Shown in pieces: positions 34,499-43,898 of a stretch of DNA of 64,000 nucleotides (the stretch's first letter is position 1; the number at the start of each line of letters is the position of its first letter). A program made the translations under genes and the position numbers. Origin of the DNA: a virus; the IMG/VR virus record IMGVR_UViG_3300045988_180980; one strand, written 5' to 3'. The notes below the pieces were generated by a model that saw only the letters and a list, made by a program, of their open reading frames with translations, did no database searches and was not told where the DNA came from.

Positions 34499-34690
34499 TC
34501 ACACCCCGTGCTGCAGCCGTATTCTTCGTGCATATCCCTTCTCCACCAACCCTTCCTCCGTCATCTCATTGCCGTCGGCATACCATTTCCCGTTGACCAG
34601 CGTCACGGGACGGGTGAACGTGAGTGCGTGTTGCGCTTTGCTGCACCTCGTCAGTGTTTCCTCGAGGTACGCGATGAAGTTATCTTCCAT
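34499..34690 (-). CDS. hypothetical small protein
   Basis: 63-aa ORF, the last gene of the - strand island. Confidence 0.4.
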   Translation of the reverse strand: MEDNFIAYLEETLTRCSKAQHALTFTRPVTLVNGKWYADGNEMTEEGLVEKGYARRIRLQHGV

Positions 34691-34701
34691 TGTGTATCGT
34701 G

Positions 34702-35299
34702 TCAGTTAAACCATTTCACTATTGTCTCGCCTTTGTACCCCTTCTCCCATACGAACCATGCGTAGGCCGCTGCGCTGCTGCCGTACCTGTCGAAGTCGCC
34801 ATTCATAGCGCATTTCAGTCGTGACGAACTTACCCAAACGCGGATGGGGGGGGGGGGTAGATTTGAACAGCGCGTGTCGGGCTTTGCCTTCCAGGAAAGT
34901 CAGCTTCAGGAACATCGCCACCTTCTTACCTTCTGGAATGATGCTCAGAGCCTTCTCCACAAACTGCTGCGCATATTTGTAGGGCGGATTGGTAACGATG
35001 TTGCCGTCCCACGCCAAATTATCAATAGCGAGAAAGTCAGCCACCTCGCCATAACCTCTATCCACAAGGTCGCGGCTCACCACCTCATACCCTGCTGCCT
35101 CCAACACCCTACTCATGTGACCCTCGCCACACGAAGGCTCAAGAATCCTGCCCTCAAACCGCTCCAGTTTGCACAGCCATTCCGTAGCTTTCGGTTCTGT
35201 GGCATAGTAATCCTCCCGCTGCCGTTCCGCGTCCGTATGATTGCTTGCGCCCAACGTCTTGAATACAGCGGCCGAACCGCCTACCCAGTCCTTTACCAT
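34702..35299 (-). pseudogene. NPPY-type N6-adenine DNA methyltransferase interrupted by a 12-nt homopolymer (frameshifted or phase-variable)
   Basis: Motif I ILEPSCGEGHMS and motif IV IVTNPPYKY are present. After the C12 run (minus strand) the annotated frame reads as junk. Removing one C gives IRVWVSSSRLKCAMNGDFDRYGSSAAAYAWFVWEKGYKGETIVKWFN, stopping at 34702. AGGAGG lies 6 nt before the ATG. Confidence 0.75.
34846..34857. repeat. G12 homopolymer (C12 on the coding strand)
   Basis: cggatGGGGGGGGGGGGtag. The 598-nt span from 35299 to 34702 is not a multiple of 3. Confidence 0.95.
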
Positions 35300-35361
35300 T
35301 GTGAACCTCCTTTCTGCATTTAATTGAATAGTTCATATCTTTATGAATTTGTTACTCATTT

Positions 35362-35522
35362 ACCCAACCCATCAATGGTTTTCACCCAACCCTTCAATGG
35401 GTGTTTTTTTGTTAAGAGCCGACTCTTTTGATGAAAAGAGCCGACTCTTTTGATAAAATCAATCGGCTCTCCGTTTTTTTTTGTGCTATACCTATTGTTT
35501 TCTGAAACTATACCTATTGTTT
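35362..35522. repeat. Repeat-dense spacer: three different direct-repeat pairs
   Basis: ACCCAACCC(A/T)TCAATGG at 35362 and 35384. AAGAGCCGACTCTTTTGAT at 35414 and 35436. CTATACCTATTGTTT at 35486 and 35508. AGAGCCGA/TCGGCTCT hairpin plus a T9 run at 35438-35482. Confidence 0.8.
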
Positions 35523-35550
35523 GCCTATAGGTATAGGCATCCCTCAAGCC

Positions 35551-35591
35551 AAACAGATACTTCTGTTTACCTCAAACAGACACTTCTGTTT
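35551..35591. promoter_or_regulatory. Two palindromic 18-mers AAACAGA(T/C)ACTTCTGTTT (operator-like)
   Basis: Copies at 35551-35568 and 35574-35591, separated by ACCTC. The same word occurs 4 times at 63762-63848. Confidence 0.75.
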
Positions 35592-35600
35592 ATGTTCCGC

Positions 35601-36404
35601 TCATTCCGTATCATTCGTCGGCTCAGGATTCGTCAATTCGCTTTCTTCCATGTGCCCGTGTCTAATCACATCCTCCTCGTCCTTCTCTTCCATATACTCG
35701 AAGTAGTCCGGCTCCTCCTCGCGCTTGTCGCCGAACATCTCGTCATCCTCTATCTCCTGCAGGTCCTTGGTGGTGAGACCATACTTGCGGGCCATGCGCA
35801 ACTTCTCCTCCTCGGTATAGTTCACACGGTCGCGCTTCACGATGCTCACGTCCTGCGTGATGGCAATGCGGCTCATGTCCGGCATCTCGTCCGTAGCGTC
35901 GCGCTCCTCGTCGAAGTCCTTATACACCTTGGCAAGAGCCTCCATGCCCTTGGCCACGGCACGGTCGTTGTTCTGCTGCTTGCCCGTGCGGATGAGCCAT
36001 TCTGCCGAACCCAGGAACATTGCCTTGTGGCGCGGACTCTCGTCGGTCTGGAAGAAGCGAATCAGATGGTTGCACACCAGCACGTCGTTGTTGAGCTCCG
36101 TCACGGTGCGCGGACAGATGTTTCCCTCGTCGTCCACGGTAATCTTCAGCGCAAGCACCATGGCCTGCGCGTCCCGTTTGCCCTGCGCGGCCTGGTTGAG
36201 GAACAACTCATAGTCGCGCCGTGCGATGTTGCGGCACACGGTGCGCGGGTCGATGTCGCGGTTCTGCGTCCACCGCTTATAAAACTCAGAGCACACCTGC
36301 ATGCGGTAGCGCTGCTCCAGCTTGGGGAAAGCCGCCTCCATGCTCGTGCCGTAGCTCAGCCACTTGTCTATGCGGCTGAGGGTTCTCTCGGTCAGTCCTG
36401 ACAT
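35601..36404 (-). CDS. hypothetical protein with acidic C-terminus
   Basis: ORF 35601..36497 trimmed to the ATG at 36404 (MSGLTERT...), which lies behind a TATATTTG box on the - strand. Confidence 0.55.
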   Translation of the reverse strand: MSGLTERTLSRIDKWLSYGTSMEAAFPKLEQRYRMQVCSEFYKRWTQNRDIDPRTVCRNIARRDYELFLNQAAQGKRDAQAMVLALKITVDDEGNICPRTVTELNNDVLVCNHLIRFFQTDESPRHKAMFLGSAEWLIRTGKQQNNDRAVAKGMEALAKVYKDFDEERDATDEMPDMSRIAITQDVSIVKRDRVNYTEEEKLRMARKYGLTTKDLQEIEDDEMFGDKREEEPDYFEYMEEKDEEDVIRHGHMEESELTNPEPTNDTE

Positions 36405-36421
36405 ATTTCGTTTCGTTTTCG

Positions 36422-36519
36422 GCAAATATAGTCTTTCTCCTCCCCACGGTGCGGACAGCGGTCGGCACGGCAGGGCTCGGCTCTGTCCGCTCCCCACGGT
36501 GGCATTGCCCTATATTTGC
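36422..36519. promoter_or_regulatory. Symmetric divergent promoter region
   Basis: GCAAATATAG (36422-36431) mirrors CTATATTTGC (36510-36519), giving a TAtaTTTG box on each strand. Between them: TCCCCACGGTG twice (36441, 36491) and GCGGACAG/CTGTCCGC (36451, 36483). Confidence 0.65.
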
Positions 36520-36550
36520 ATCAGTAATAACCATTAAAAATAGAATACAC

Positions 36551-37087
36551 ATGCAAAACACTTTTCCTCTCCTGCGGATCGTGGCCTGCGCTCTGTCGGT
36601 AGTCTGGTGCTACGTAGCGCCTTCCCTCAATTTCATTGCCATCTGTTTCTTTGCCCTGCTGGTGGACTGCTACACGGCATGGAGATGCAACCGCCGCATC
36701 TATGAAAAGTACAAGGAGCAGCTGCAGCGCAACCCGAAGTACCTCCTCGGCGGCCGCCTGCGCTCCAAGAAGATGTGGAAGATGGTGCAGGACTTCACCG
36801 TGCTCATCCTGGGCATCTTCCTGGCCACATCCATTGACAACGGCATACTGGGGCACATGGGCGAACTGCACCTGGCCAACTATCTGGCTGCGCTCTATTG
36901 TGCCGTGCAGTTCGTGAGCATCCTGGAGAACGAGAGCACCTGCAACGGTGCCGAATGGGCCAAGGTGCTGCAGAAGATAGTGGCCGACAAGACAGAGCGC
37001 CACTACCACATCAACCTGAGAGAGCTCATGTACGAAGACCAGAAGCAGGAGGACGAGAATAAGGACAACGCAGACAAACAGCAGTGA
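36551..37087 (+). CDS. phage holin family protein (holin 4_1-like)
   Basis: ORF 36449 trimmed to ATG 36551. Several TM segments and the characteristic VQFVSILENESTCNG motif. Confidence 0.55.
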   Translation: MQNTFPLLRIVACALSVVWCYVAPSLNFIAICFFALLVDCYTAWRCNRRIYEKYKEQLQRNPKYLLGGRLRSKKMWKMVQDFTVLILGIFLATSIDNGILGHMGELHLANYLAALYCAVQFVSILENESTCNGAEWAKVLQKIVADKTERHYHINLRELMYEDQKQEDENKDNADKQQ

Positions 37088-37689
37088 CCATGGCCATAAG
37101 CAATATCCTGGAACACTGGGCAAGCATCTATAAGCCCCTGTCCCACAAACCCGAGGGCAAGCTGGAGGAGCAGTCGTTCTTCCGCATCCGCTACATCGAC
37201 CTTGAGAACATCTTCTCACGCAACGCCAACGTCATCCACTCGCCCAGCCTGCTCTACAGTATAATCACGACTGGCGAACTTGTTGACGCAAAGAAGGCCG
37301 TGGTGTCTCATCAGGTGTGGTTCATCGCCAAGGTGAAGGACACCCCCCAGACCCTTGGCCGTTACGACGGCAACAAGGCAGAACGCACAGCCACCGACCT
37401 CGCCGACTACTGCAAGGACCTCATAGCCTGGCTTATCGAGGTGAAGCGCACAGGCCGCTGCCCCGTGACCAAGCGCAACTTTGCCGAAGATGCCGCCGTG
37501 ATGGCAGAGCTGCAGAGCATCGACACCAGTTCCATGTCCTTCGGTCTGGTGGGCGAAATCTATGTCGGCCAGTGGCTCGTGATGGGCATGGACTGGAAGA
37601 GCCTGCAGCCGCTCTATAACTTCGCCTGCGGCAGCAACGGCAAGTATATAGTGCCGGAGGAAGACGAGTCGGATGATAATGAAAAGTAA
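37084..37689 (+). CDS. hypothetical protein (tail-module position)
   Basis: 201-aa ORF upstream of the tape measure gene. ATGA overlap with the holin gene. Confidence 0.5.
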   Translation: MTMAISNILEHWASIYKPLSHKPEGKLEEQSFFRIRYIDLENIFSRNANVIHSPSLLYSIITTGELVDAKKAVVSHQVWFIAKVKDTPQTLGRYDGNKAERTATDLADYCKDLIAWLIEVKRTGRCPVTKRNFAEDAAVMAELQSIDTSSMSFGLVGEIYVGQWLVMGMDWKSLQPLYNFACGSNGKYIVPEEDESDDNEK

Positions 37690-37695
37690 AACATC

Positions 37696-38223
37696 ATGCC
37701 AAAACCCATACAAGCCCCAGCTTTTGATTTCAAGGACACCGCACGATGGTATCTTGGTGACGTATTGCGTCAGCTCAAGATAAACACCGAGACGCAGTGT
37801 ATCTTCCCGAAGGAGATTTACAGCGGCTTTCGGGCCATCAACGATGCCCGTGGAGCACGCGGACAATGGCACGCCGATGGAGTGGGTGTGAACTCGTTCC
37901 AAGGCAGGATAGTGAACGACACGCCCGAAGGCTGGACCTACGAGTTTACCTACAACGACTATATGCGCTTTGTGGATATGGGTGTAGGTCTCGGTACTAA
38001 GTACAACGATGTGGATAGCGCACGAAAGGCCAACTACTCCCGCCGCTACGTCCGTTCATGGAAACGCTATGGAGCGGGTCGTTCACAGCGTCCTGCCATT
38101 ATGATGGAGCTTCGACATTTGCAGTCGCGTATGCAAAACTATCTTGTAGATTTCTACGGCTACCAGGGTGAAGCGCAGATAATCAAGGCTTTCGAGGATT
38201 CGGATATTCATATCACACTCTAA
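37696..38223 (+). CDS. hypothetical protein (tail-module position)
   Basis: 175-aa ORF immediately upstream of the tape measure gene. Confidence 0.5.
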   Translation: MPKPIQAPAFDFKDTARWYLGDVLRQLKINTETQCIFPKEIYSGFRAINDARGARGQWHADGVGVNSFQGRIVNDTPEGWTYEFTYNDYMRFVDMGVGLGTKYNDVDSARKANYSRRYVRSWKRYGAGRSQRPAIMMELRHLQSRMQNYLVDFYGYQGEAQIIKAFEDSDIHITL

Positions 38224-38244
38224 CAACGTAAAACAACAATAGCA

Positions 38245-41200
38245 ATGGCAACACAAAGATTAGCAAAAGTAGTAATCACGGCCAATGCCTCTACAGCCAA
38301 GAAGGTATTGGAAGAGATTGACAATCTTGTGCAGAAATATACCGCCGACATCCAAAAAATGACTGCCGCAGGTCAGGCCAATACGGCTGAGTGTAAGAAG
38401 GCAGAGAGCACGCTAAAGGCTCTCTCGCAAGTGCAGCGTGACAATATCGAGGACACGAAGCGATTGGGCGAGGTGGTGCAAGACCTCGCCAACACAAAGC
38501 TTCGCGACCTTCGCCGTGCGCTCGGTTCGGGTAAGTCGGCTCTCGCAGGTCTTACCGGCTCGGATGCTGACCTGAAGAAGGCAGAGCAGATACGAAGCGA
38601 GATGAAGCAGGTGGGTGACGAAATCCGTCTGCTTGAAGGTCAGTATGTCAAGATAGCCGAAGGACTGAAGAATGTAAAGAACCAGTCGGACCAATGGCTC
38701 GACAAAGCCATCAAGCAGCAGCGCGACCTTGTTGGTTCATTGGAGAAGTCGGATGCGTCGTATCAGCAGAACCTCGCTACATTGAAGCAACTTGAAGCCG
38801 AGGAAGACAGGCGCAGGGGCAAGATGAGCGAGGCAGAGGCGCATCAGACTGTAACCAGTCAAAACGCTTCGGCCTCTGATTTGCGTCGTGCCAAGACTAC
38901 GCTTACTGAAGCACGCGATGCTACTCCTACTAAGCTTACAGGAAACATTGAGGCTTATAACAACGAGCTTCAGGAGATAGATAAGCGACTGGAGGCTGTG
39001 TCGGGCAAGGCACAGCAAGCCACAATGAGTTGGAAGCAGATGAAGCGTGTGTTGTCTGAACCCAACAAGGCCTCTGGCGAAGACATCAAGCGCACGATGG
39101 AAGTCATTGCCCAGAAGATACAGCAACTCCCTGCCGGCGGTAAGTATGTGGCTACGCTCCGTCGCCAATACGTCATGCTCGAGCAGACCCTCAAAGGCAC
39201 CCGTCTGTCGCAGAGTGCTCTCAACGACATTCTTGCTCGCAGCAAGCAAGGCAAGGCTTCCCTCGACGAACTGCGTCGTGCCTACAAACATCTTGAAGAT
39301 GAACTGAACCAAATCAACACCAAGAGCAAGGAGTTTGCCGACAAGCAGAAGTCGATGAAGGAGCTGAAGAAGAACATCGACGAGGCGACGGGCGCAGTCA
39401 ACAAGCATGGTGGAGCATGGCAGACAGCTTTGAGGAACCTTGTTGCGTATGTAGGCTTGTTTGGGGCATTCAATATGCTCAAGTCGAAACTTACCGACGC
39501 TATAAATCTCAATCTGAAGTATTCTGACTCGTTGGCCGATATTCGTAAGATCACCAACTATTCGATGGGTACGGTCAATGAACTTTCGCGCATGCTGGCA
39601 AAGATAGATAGCCGTACAAGCCTTGAGGGCCTGACACAGCTCGCCTACGTTGGTTCTCGTATGGGTATGGGTAAGTACGGAGCAGAAGGTCTGTACGAAT
39701 TTGCCAAGGCCAGTGACCGCGTAAACGTTGCACTTCACGAGGATTTGGGCGATGATGCTATGCTCACACTCTCCAAGTTTGTCGAGACAATGGGTGAGGT
39801 TGAGAATCATGGTGGCAATATTAGTACTGCCTTTGATTCTGTGGCAAGTTCGATTTTCAAACTTGCAGCTTCGAGCACATCTAACGGCGGCAGCATCTTG
39901 GAATTTGCGAAGCGCCTAACGGGTTTGGCAAAGGTCACTAAGGTGACGAGTGCCCAGCTTTTGGGTCTTGCATCGGCTTCCGATTCTCTCATGCTTATGC
40001 CCGAAGTGGCTTCTACTGCTTTTGGTAAACTCCTCAGTAGCTTGTGGACCAATTATCACAGCATCGAAAAAATGCTGGGTATGCAGCGCGACTCCTTGAA
40101 GGGTATGATAGAGGAGGGCAGGACGATGGATGCTTTGGTTACTGTCTTGAAGAACGTGAGCGACAAGAACCTCAACTCTATGGATGAATACTTCAAGGAG
40201 TTTGGTTCAGACGGCCAGCGATTGAAGCAGGTTGTTGTCACTATGGCACAGAACGTGAACGTCCTGGAGCAGCATCTTGATACTTCCAACGAGGCGTACA
40301 GAGAGGGTACGGCCGTAGTGAAGGAATACAGGATACAGCAACAGACCGCACAGGCCATTCTCGAGCGTGCCAACAACATGTGGGAGAAGGCGTTTGTCAA
40401 TCCTGAAGGAATTGATTCGGTAAAGGAGATGGCGAAGATGTGGTACAACTTCTCTAAATCACTTACCCATTCGCAGCCGTTCCTGTTGTCGGTTCGTTTT
40501 CTTTTCGTTGAGCTAACCATTGTCGTTAGGATGTTGCTTTCTGTACTCCCTGGACTGGTAGCATATCTGGGCACTCGTGGACTGGTAGCAGTGTTCTCCA
40601 AACTGATACCTTTATTTACGGGTTTGAAGTTCGCTACGATGGCAAGCAATATAAAACTTGCCACTAAAGCTGTTATGGGTGACGCATGGGCTGTCCGCAT
40701 ACTTACGCTACGTTGGCAAGCCCTGAACGCGGCCATGAAGGCTAATGTTATTGGTCTTGTGTTGGGTGTGGTGACATCGCTCGGTTTTGGTATATACGAA
40801 CTGTTCTCCAACACGGAAAAGGCTACTGGCTCGATGAAACGCTTTGACGGTTCGCTGAAAGGCGTGAAATCTCAAGCCAACCAAGCCGTCGGGGAACTCG
40901 ACGCTTACTACCATGCCGTTAGGGATGCACAGAAGGGAACCAATCAGCGCACAGCTGCCATAAAGCAGTTTAACGAAAAGTTCGGCTCTTATCTCTCTAA
41001 TCTTATAACTGAGAAGTCAACCGCAAAGGACTTGGCAAAGGCATATCGTGAGGCTACCGATGCCATTAGGGCGAAGATTTATCTTCAGATGAAGGAGAAG
41101 GACATCCAGGAGCAATACACACCACGTGTGGGATGGAGCCTTGATAGACTTAACGAATACGGCAAAGTGGGCAAGGGTACCGATAGTACGGATTGGCTCA

Positions 41201-43806
41201 AGGCTTACGAAGCCGATTCTCGTGATAAGGGCATGCGCTCCATTGCCAAGGAGCTGGCAAAACGCTTTAAGACAACAAATACTGCAGAGGTATTGAAGTC
41301 TTATTTCCGTGGTGACGAGAACCTGCGTTTTGATTATCGTAAAACTCTCGACAAATACGGAAATACAACTCTCGATCTGACACGTGCGGGTGAAGGCGAT
41401 GAGAAACTCTTTAGGGCTTTAAGGTATATAGCGCAGACTCGCTCCGCCAACAGCTCAATGAGTAAGATCAACAAGAAGTTCGGTCCGGTTCAAAAGGAAA
41501 TTGATGATTTCCTCACCAAAGACGACGGGAAAAACATCCTCGTCGATAATGATGATGACAAGAAAAAAGGCAAAGGTGATAAAAATCCTCTCCCTAAAGA
41601 AAAGAATATTGCACAAGACCGCGCCAATGCGCTTATCGCCAACATCAAGGCATTCTATGAGGAACAGATGCGCAAATACCTGGAATGGGTGGCTCAGATG
41701 AACGCCGATGGAGAAAAGATTAGCGAAGGACAGCAGAAGGGACAGATGGATTATCTGCAATCGCAGATGGATCGTGCTCTTGGTGCGGCCCGCCAATCCA
41801 TTGCCACCCTTGATGACGGATGGAAGGAGGTTTATTCCCACATGAACGAGGATGTGATGGTTTTCGACGACGAGACTTCCAAACAGTTGCTCGAGTCTAT
41901 TGGCAAAGCGGATATTAGTGAACTTCACAAGTTGTTCACCAAACTGTCCGGCGACCTCTCTCGCGAAAACAATAAGACTCTTGCAGAGAACCTCGGCGCA
42001 TTGCTTGACCAGCTATTTGCCAATGGCTCTAAGGAATTGCGTGAGGCAGCAGAGAAACTGCTTGCTCGTCAACGCGAGATACAGAAGATCTTGAACGAGC
42101 ACGACTATACGGGTGCTGTTAATCGCAATACTCGTAGTGATTTCGACCGTTTGGGCTTCTTGCGTCCTGCAGATGGTGTCAATGCTGATACTCCCGAAGG
42201 TCTTGGCAAGATGAATGCTGCTTTCGACAAGTTGACTGCCAAGGCACGCGAGTCTGTTATCGTATTGTACAGTCTCAATCCGGAAAGCAAGGAATTTCAG
42301 CATCAATTCCTTCAGTTCCTGTCTATAGCCAATGACGGTTTCGATTTCTCTGAACTCAAAGCGCAAGACCTCAAGGCTCTTTATCTCGAACTTATAAAGT
42401 ATAGCGACGAGTACGAGTCGGCCAGCAAGAAGCGCGATGATGAGCGCAAGAAGCTGAATGACTATGCGTGGTCGAAAACCGACTTCTCTAAGGGATATAA
42501 TATGCTACAGCCCAAACTGGAGCAGGATGTCGCTGTTAAGGGTAGTTATCGCAATGTCGGTCAGCGCATGGGTATGGAGTCCGTGTCGGCTTCCGACCCC
42601 GAACTTGAACTTCTGAAGGCCCGTATGGCATTTGCTCAGGAATACTACAAGTTCCTCGAAGAGCATAACGCTACCGAACAGCAGCTTGCCGATGCTCGCA
42701 AGGGTATAATGTCGGAACAGGCTAACTACGCAAAGAAGCTCACTGGGGACATGTTTGAGCAGTACAATTCGCTCCTTACTTTCATGGGACCGTTGCAAAC
42801 CTTTGGTGAGTCGGTAGGCGATGCTTTTGCCACTATGACCGAGAACGCTTCCGAAGGACGCAAGCAGTTGAAGTCTGCCTTAAAGCAGATGATAAAATCG
42901 TTTGCCACCAGCTCCTTGCAGATGATTAGCCAGCAGCAGATAGACCGTGCGCAGACCACCGCACACTATGAACAGTTACTTCTCATGCAGCAGGTGTTTG
43001 CGCAAGCCAAACTTCAAGCAGAGGTCGCCAATGGAACTGCAATGATTGGTGCGAAGCAAGCAGCCAATTTGACCGAGGAACAGCTTGAAGGTATTCACCA
43101 GCAAGTGATGGCAGCCCTTCGTTCGGCAGGTATCTTTGGATGGTGCGTCAGCACTCTGGGTCCTATTGCCGGTCCTATTGCTTATGGTGCAATGATGGCA
43201 ACCCTCATGGGCTTGCTCAGTTTCGCTATCAGCAAGATAGGTGGCCGCGACAAATCAACCAATAACACCGCCAAGGCCAATAACATCAAGGTCACATCCG
43301 GCATGCTCACTTACGACTCTGGTAACGTGCAAGGCCTCCGTCCGTTCGTCAGCAACGATGGCGGTCTCTATTGGGCAACAGAGGACAACAAGCCACATCG
43401 CGGCGTGTCGCTCCTTACACAGCCCACTGCTACCACCATCAACGGACAGCCGTCGCTGGTGGCAGAGAACGGGCCTGAGATAGTCATCGGACGCGAGACC
43501 ACCCGAGCCATGCAGATGAACAACCCACAACTCTTGAGAGCGCTCGTCAACTTCGACCGCAACTTCTCAGGGCGCAAGGCGTATGATGCCGGCAACCTGT
43601 CGGAGACGGCCACCGCCGACCCCACAGGTACATCCGTACAGGAACTGATAGCCAACAGCGCCATGGCCAATATGGCTCTCCAGGAGGCTGTCACCACCCT
43701 GCTGAAGCGGCTCGACGCGCCCATAGAGGCCAAGATAAACATGTACGGCTACGGGCAGCTGTATGACAGCATGAAGAAGGCCGAACGCTTCATGCGCAAC
43801 AAGTAG
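38245..43806 (+). CDS. tail tape measure protein
   Basis: 1853 aa. Long helical, coiled-coil-like sequence with central hydrophobic segments (e.g. FLLSVRFLFVELTIVVRMLLSVLPGLVAYLG). The C-terminal PSLVAENGPEIVIG motif is typical of tape measure proteins. Confidence 0.8.
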   Translation: MATQRLAKVVITANASTAKKVLEEIDNLVQKYTADIQKMTAAGQANTAECKKAESTLKALSQVQRDNIEDTKRLGEVVQDLANTKLRDLRRALGSGKSALAGLTGSDADLKKAEQIRSEMKQVGDEIRLLEGQYVKIAEGLKNVKNQSDQWLDKAIKQQRDLVGSLEKSDASYQQNLATLKQLEAEEDRRRGKMSEAEAHQTVTSQNASASDLRRAKTTLTEARDATPTKLTGNIEAYNNELQEIDKRLEAVSGKAQQATMSWKQMKRVLSEPNKASGEDIKRTMEVIAQKIQQLPAGGKYVATLRRQYVMLEQTLKGTRLSQSALNDILARSKQGKASLDELRRAYKHLEDELNQINTKSKEFADKQKSMKELKKNIDEATGAVNKHGGAWQTALRNLVAYVGLFGAFNMLKSKLTDAINLNLKYSDSLADIRKITNYSMGTVNELSRMLAKIDSRTSLEGLTQLAYVGSRMGMGKYGAEGLYEFAKASDRVNVALHEDLGDDAMLTLSKFVETMGEVENHGGNISTAFDSVASSIFKLAASSTSNGGSILEFAKRLTGLAKVTKVTSAQLLGLASASDSLMLMPEVASTAFGKLLSSLWTNYHSIEKMLGMQRDSLKGMIEEGRTMDALVTVLKNVSDKNLNSMDEYFKEFGSDGQRLKQVVVTMAQNVNVLEQHLDTSNEAYREGTAVVKEYRIQQQTAQAILERANNMWEKAFVNPEGIDSVKEMAKMWYNFSKSLTHSQPFLLSVRFLFVELTIVVRMLLSVLPGLVAYLGTRGLVAVFSKLIPLFTGLKFATMASNIKLATKAVMGDAWAVRILTLRWQALNAAMKANVIGLVLGVVTSLGFGIYELFSNTEKATGSMKRFDGSLKGVKSQANQAVGELDAYYHAVRDAQKGTNQRTAAIKQFNEKFGSYLSNLITEKSTAKDLAKAYREATDAIRAKIYLQMKEKDIQEQYTPRVGWSLDRLNEYGKVGKGTDSTDWLKAYEADSRDKGMRSIAKELAKRFKTTNTAEVLKSYFRGDENLRFDYRKTLDKYGNTTLDLTRAGEGDEKLFRALRYIAQTRSANSSMSKINKKFGPVQKEIDDFLTKDDGKNILVDNDDDKKKGKGDKNPLPKEKNIAQDRANALIANIKAFYEEQMRKYLEWVAQMNADGEKISEGQQKGQMDYLQSQMDRALGAARQSIATLDDGWKEVYSHMNEDVMVFDDETSKQLLESIGKADISELHKLFTKLSGDLSRENNKTLAENLGALLDQLFANGSKELREAAEKLLARQREIQKILNEHDYTGAVNRNTRSDFDRLGFLRPADGVNADTPEGLGKMNAAFDKLTAKARESVIVLYSLNPESKEFQHQFLQFLSIANDGFDFSELKAQDLKALYLELIKYSDEYESASKKRDDERKKLNDYAWSKTDFSKGYNMLQPKLEQDVAVKGSYRNVGQRMGMESVSASDPELELLKARMAFAQEYYKFLEEHNATEQQLADARKGIMSEQANYAKKLTGDMFEQYNSLLTFMGPLQTFGESVGDAFATMTENASEGRKQLKSALKQMIKSFATSSLQMISQQQIDRAQTTAHYEQLLLMQQVFAQAKLQAEVANGTAMIGAKQAANLTEEQLEGIHQQVMAALRSAGIFGWCVSTLGPIAGPIAYGAMMATLMGLLSFAISKIGGRDKSTNNTAKANNIKVTSGMLTYDSGNVQGLRPFVSNDGGLYWATEDNKPHRGVSLLTQPTATTINGQPSLVAENGPEIVIGRETTRAMQMNNPQLLRALVNFDRNFSGRKAYDAGNLSETATADPTGTSVQELIANSAMANMALQEAVTTLLKRLDAPIEAKINMYGYGQLYDSMKKAERFMRNK

Positions 43807-43868
43807 CCGCCACACCACGCAAGGTAACTATTCATCCGTTACGCCACACCACGCAGGGAAACTCTCAA

Positions 43869-43898
43869 GCCGTCATGCCGCAAGGCGTGGCGGCTTTT
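43869..43898 (+). terminator. Hairpin terminator candidate after the tape measure gene
   Basis: GCCG-tcat-GCCGCaaggcGTGG-CGGC followed by TTTT. Confidence 0.5.

Noticed and set aside
34706-34860. C-terminal 50 codons of the track ORF 34706..35299 (HPRLGKFVTTEMRYEWRLRQ...).
   Set aside because: This is read-through in the wrong frame after the C12 run. The adjacent frame gives a sensible, W-rich methyltransferase C-terminus ending at 34702.
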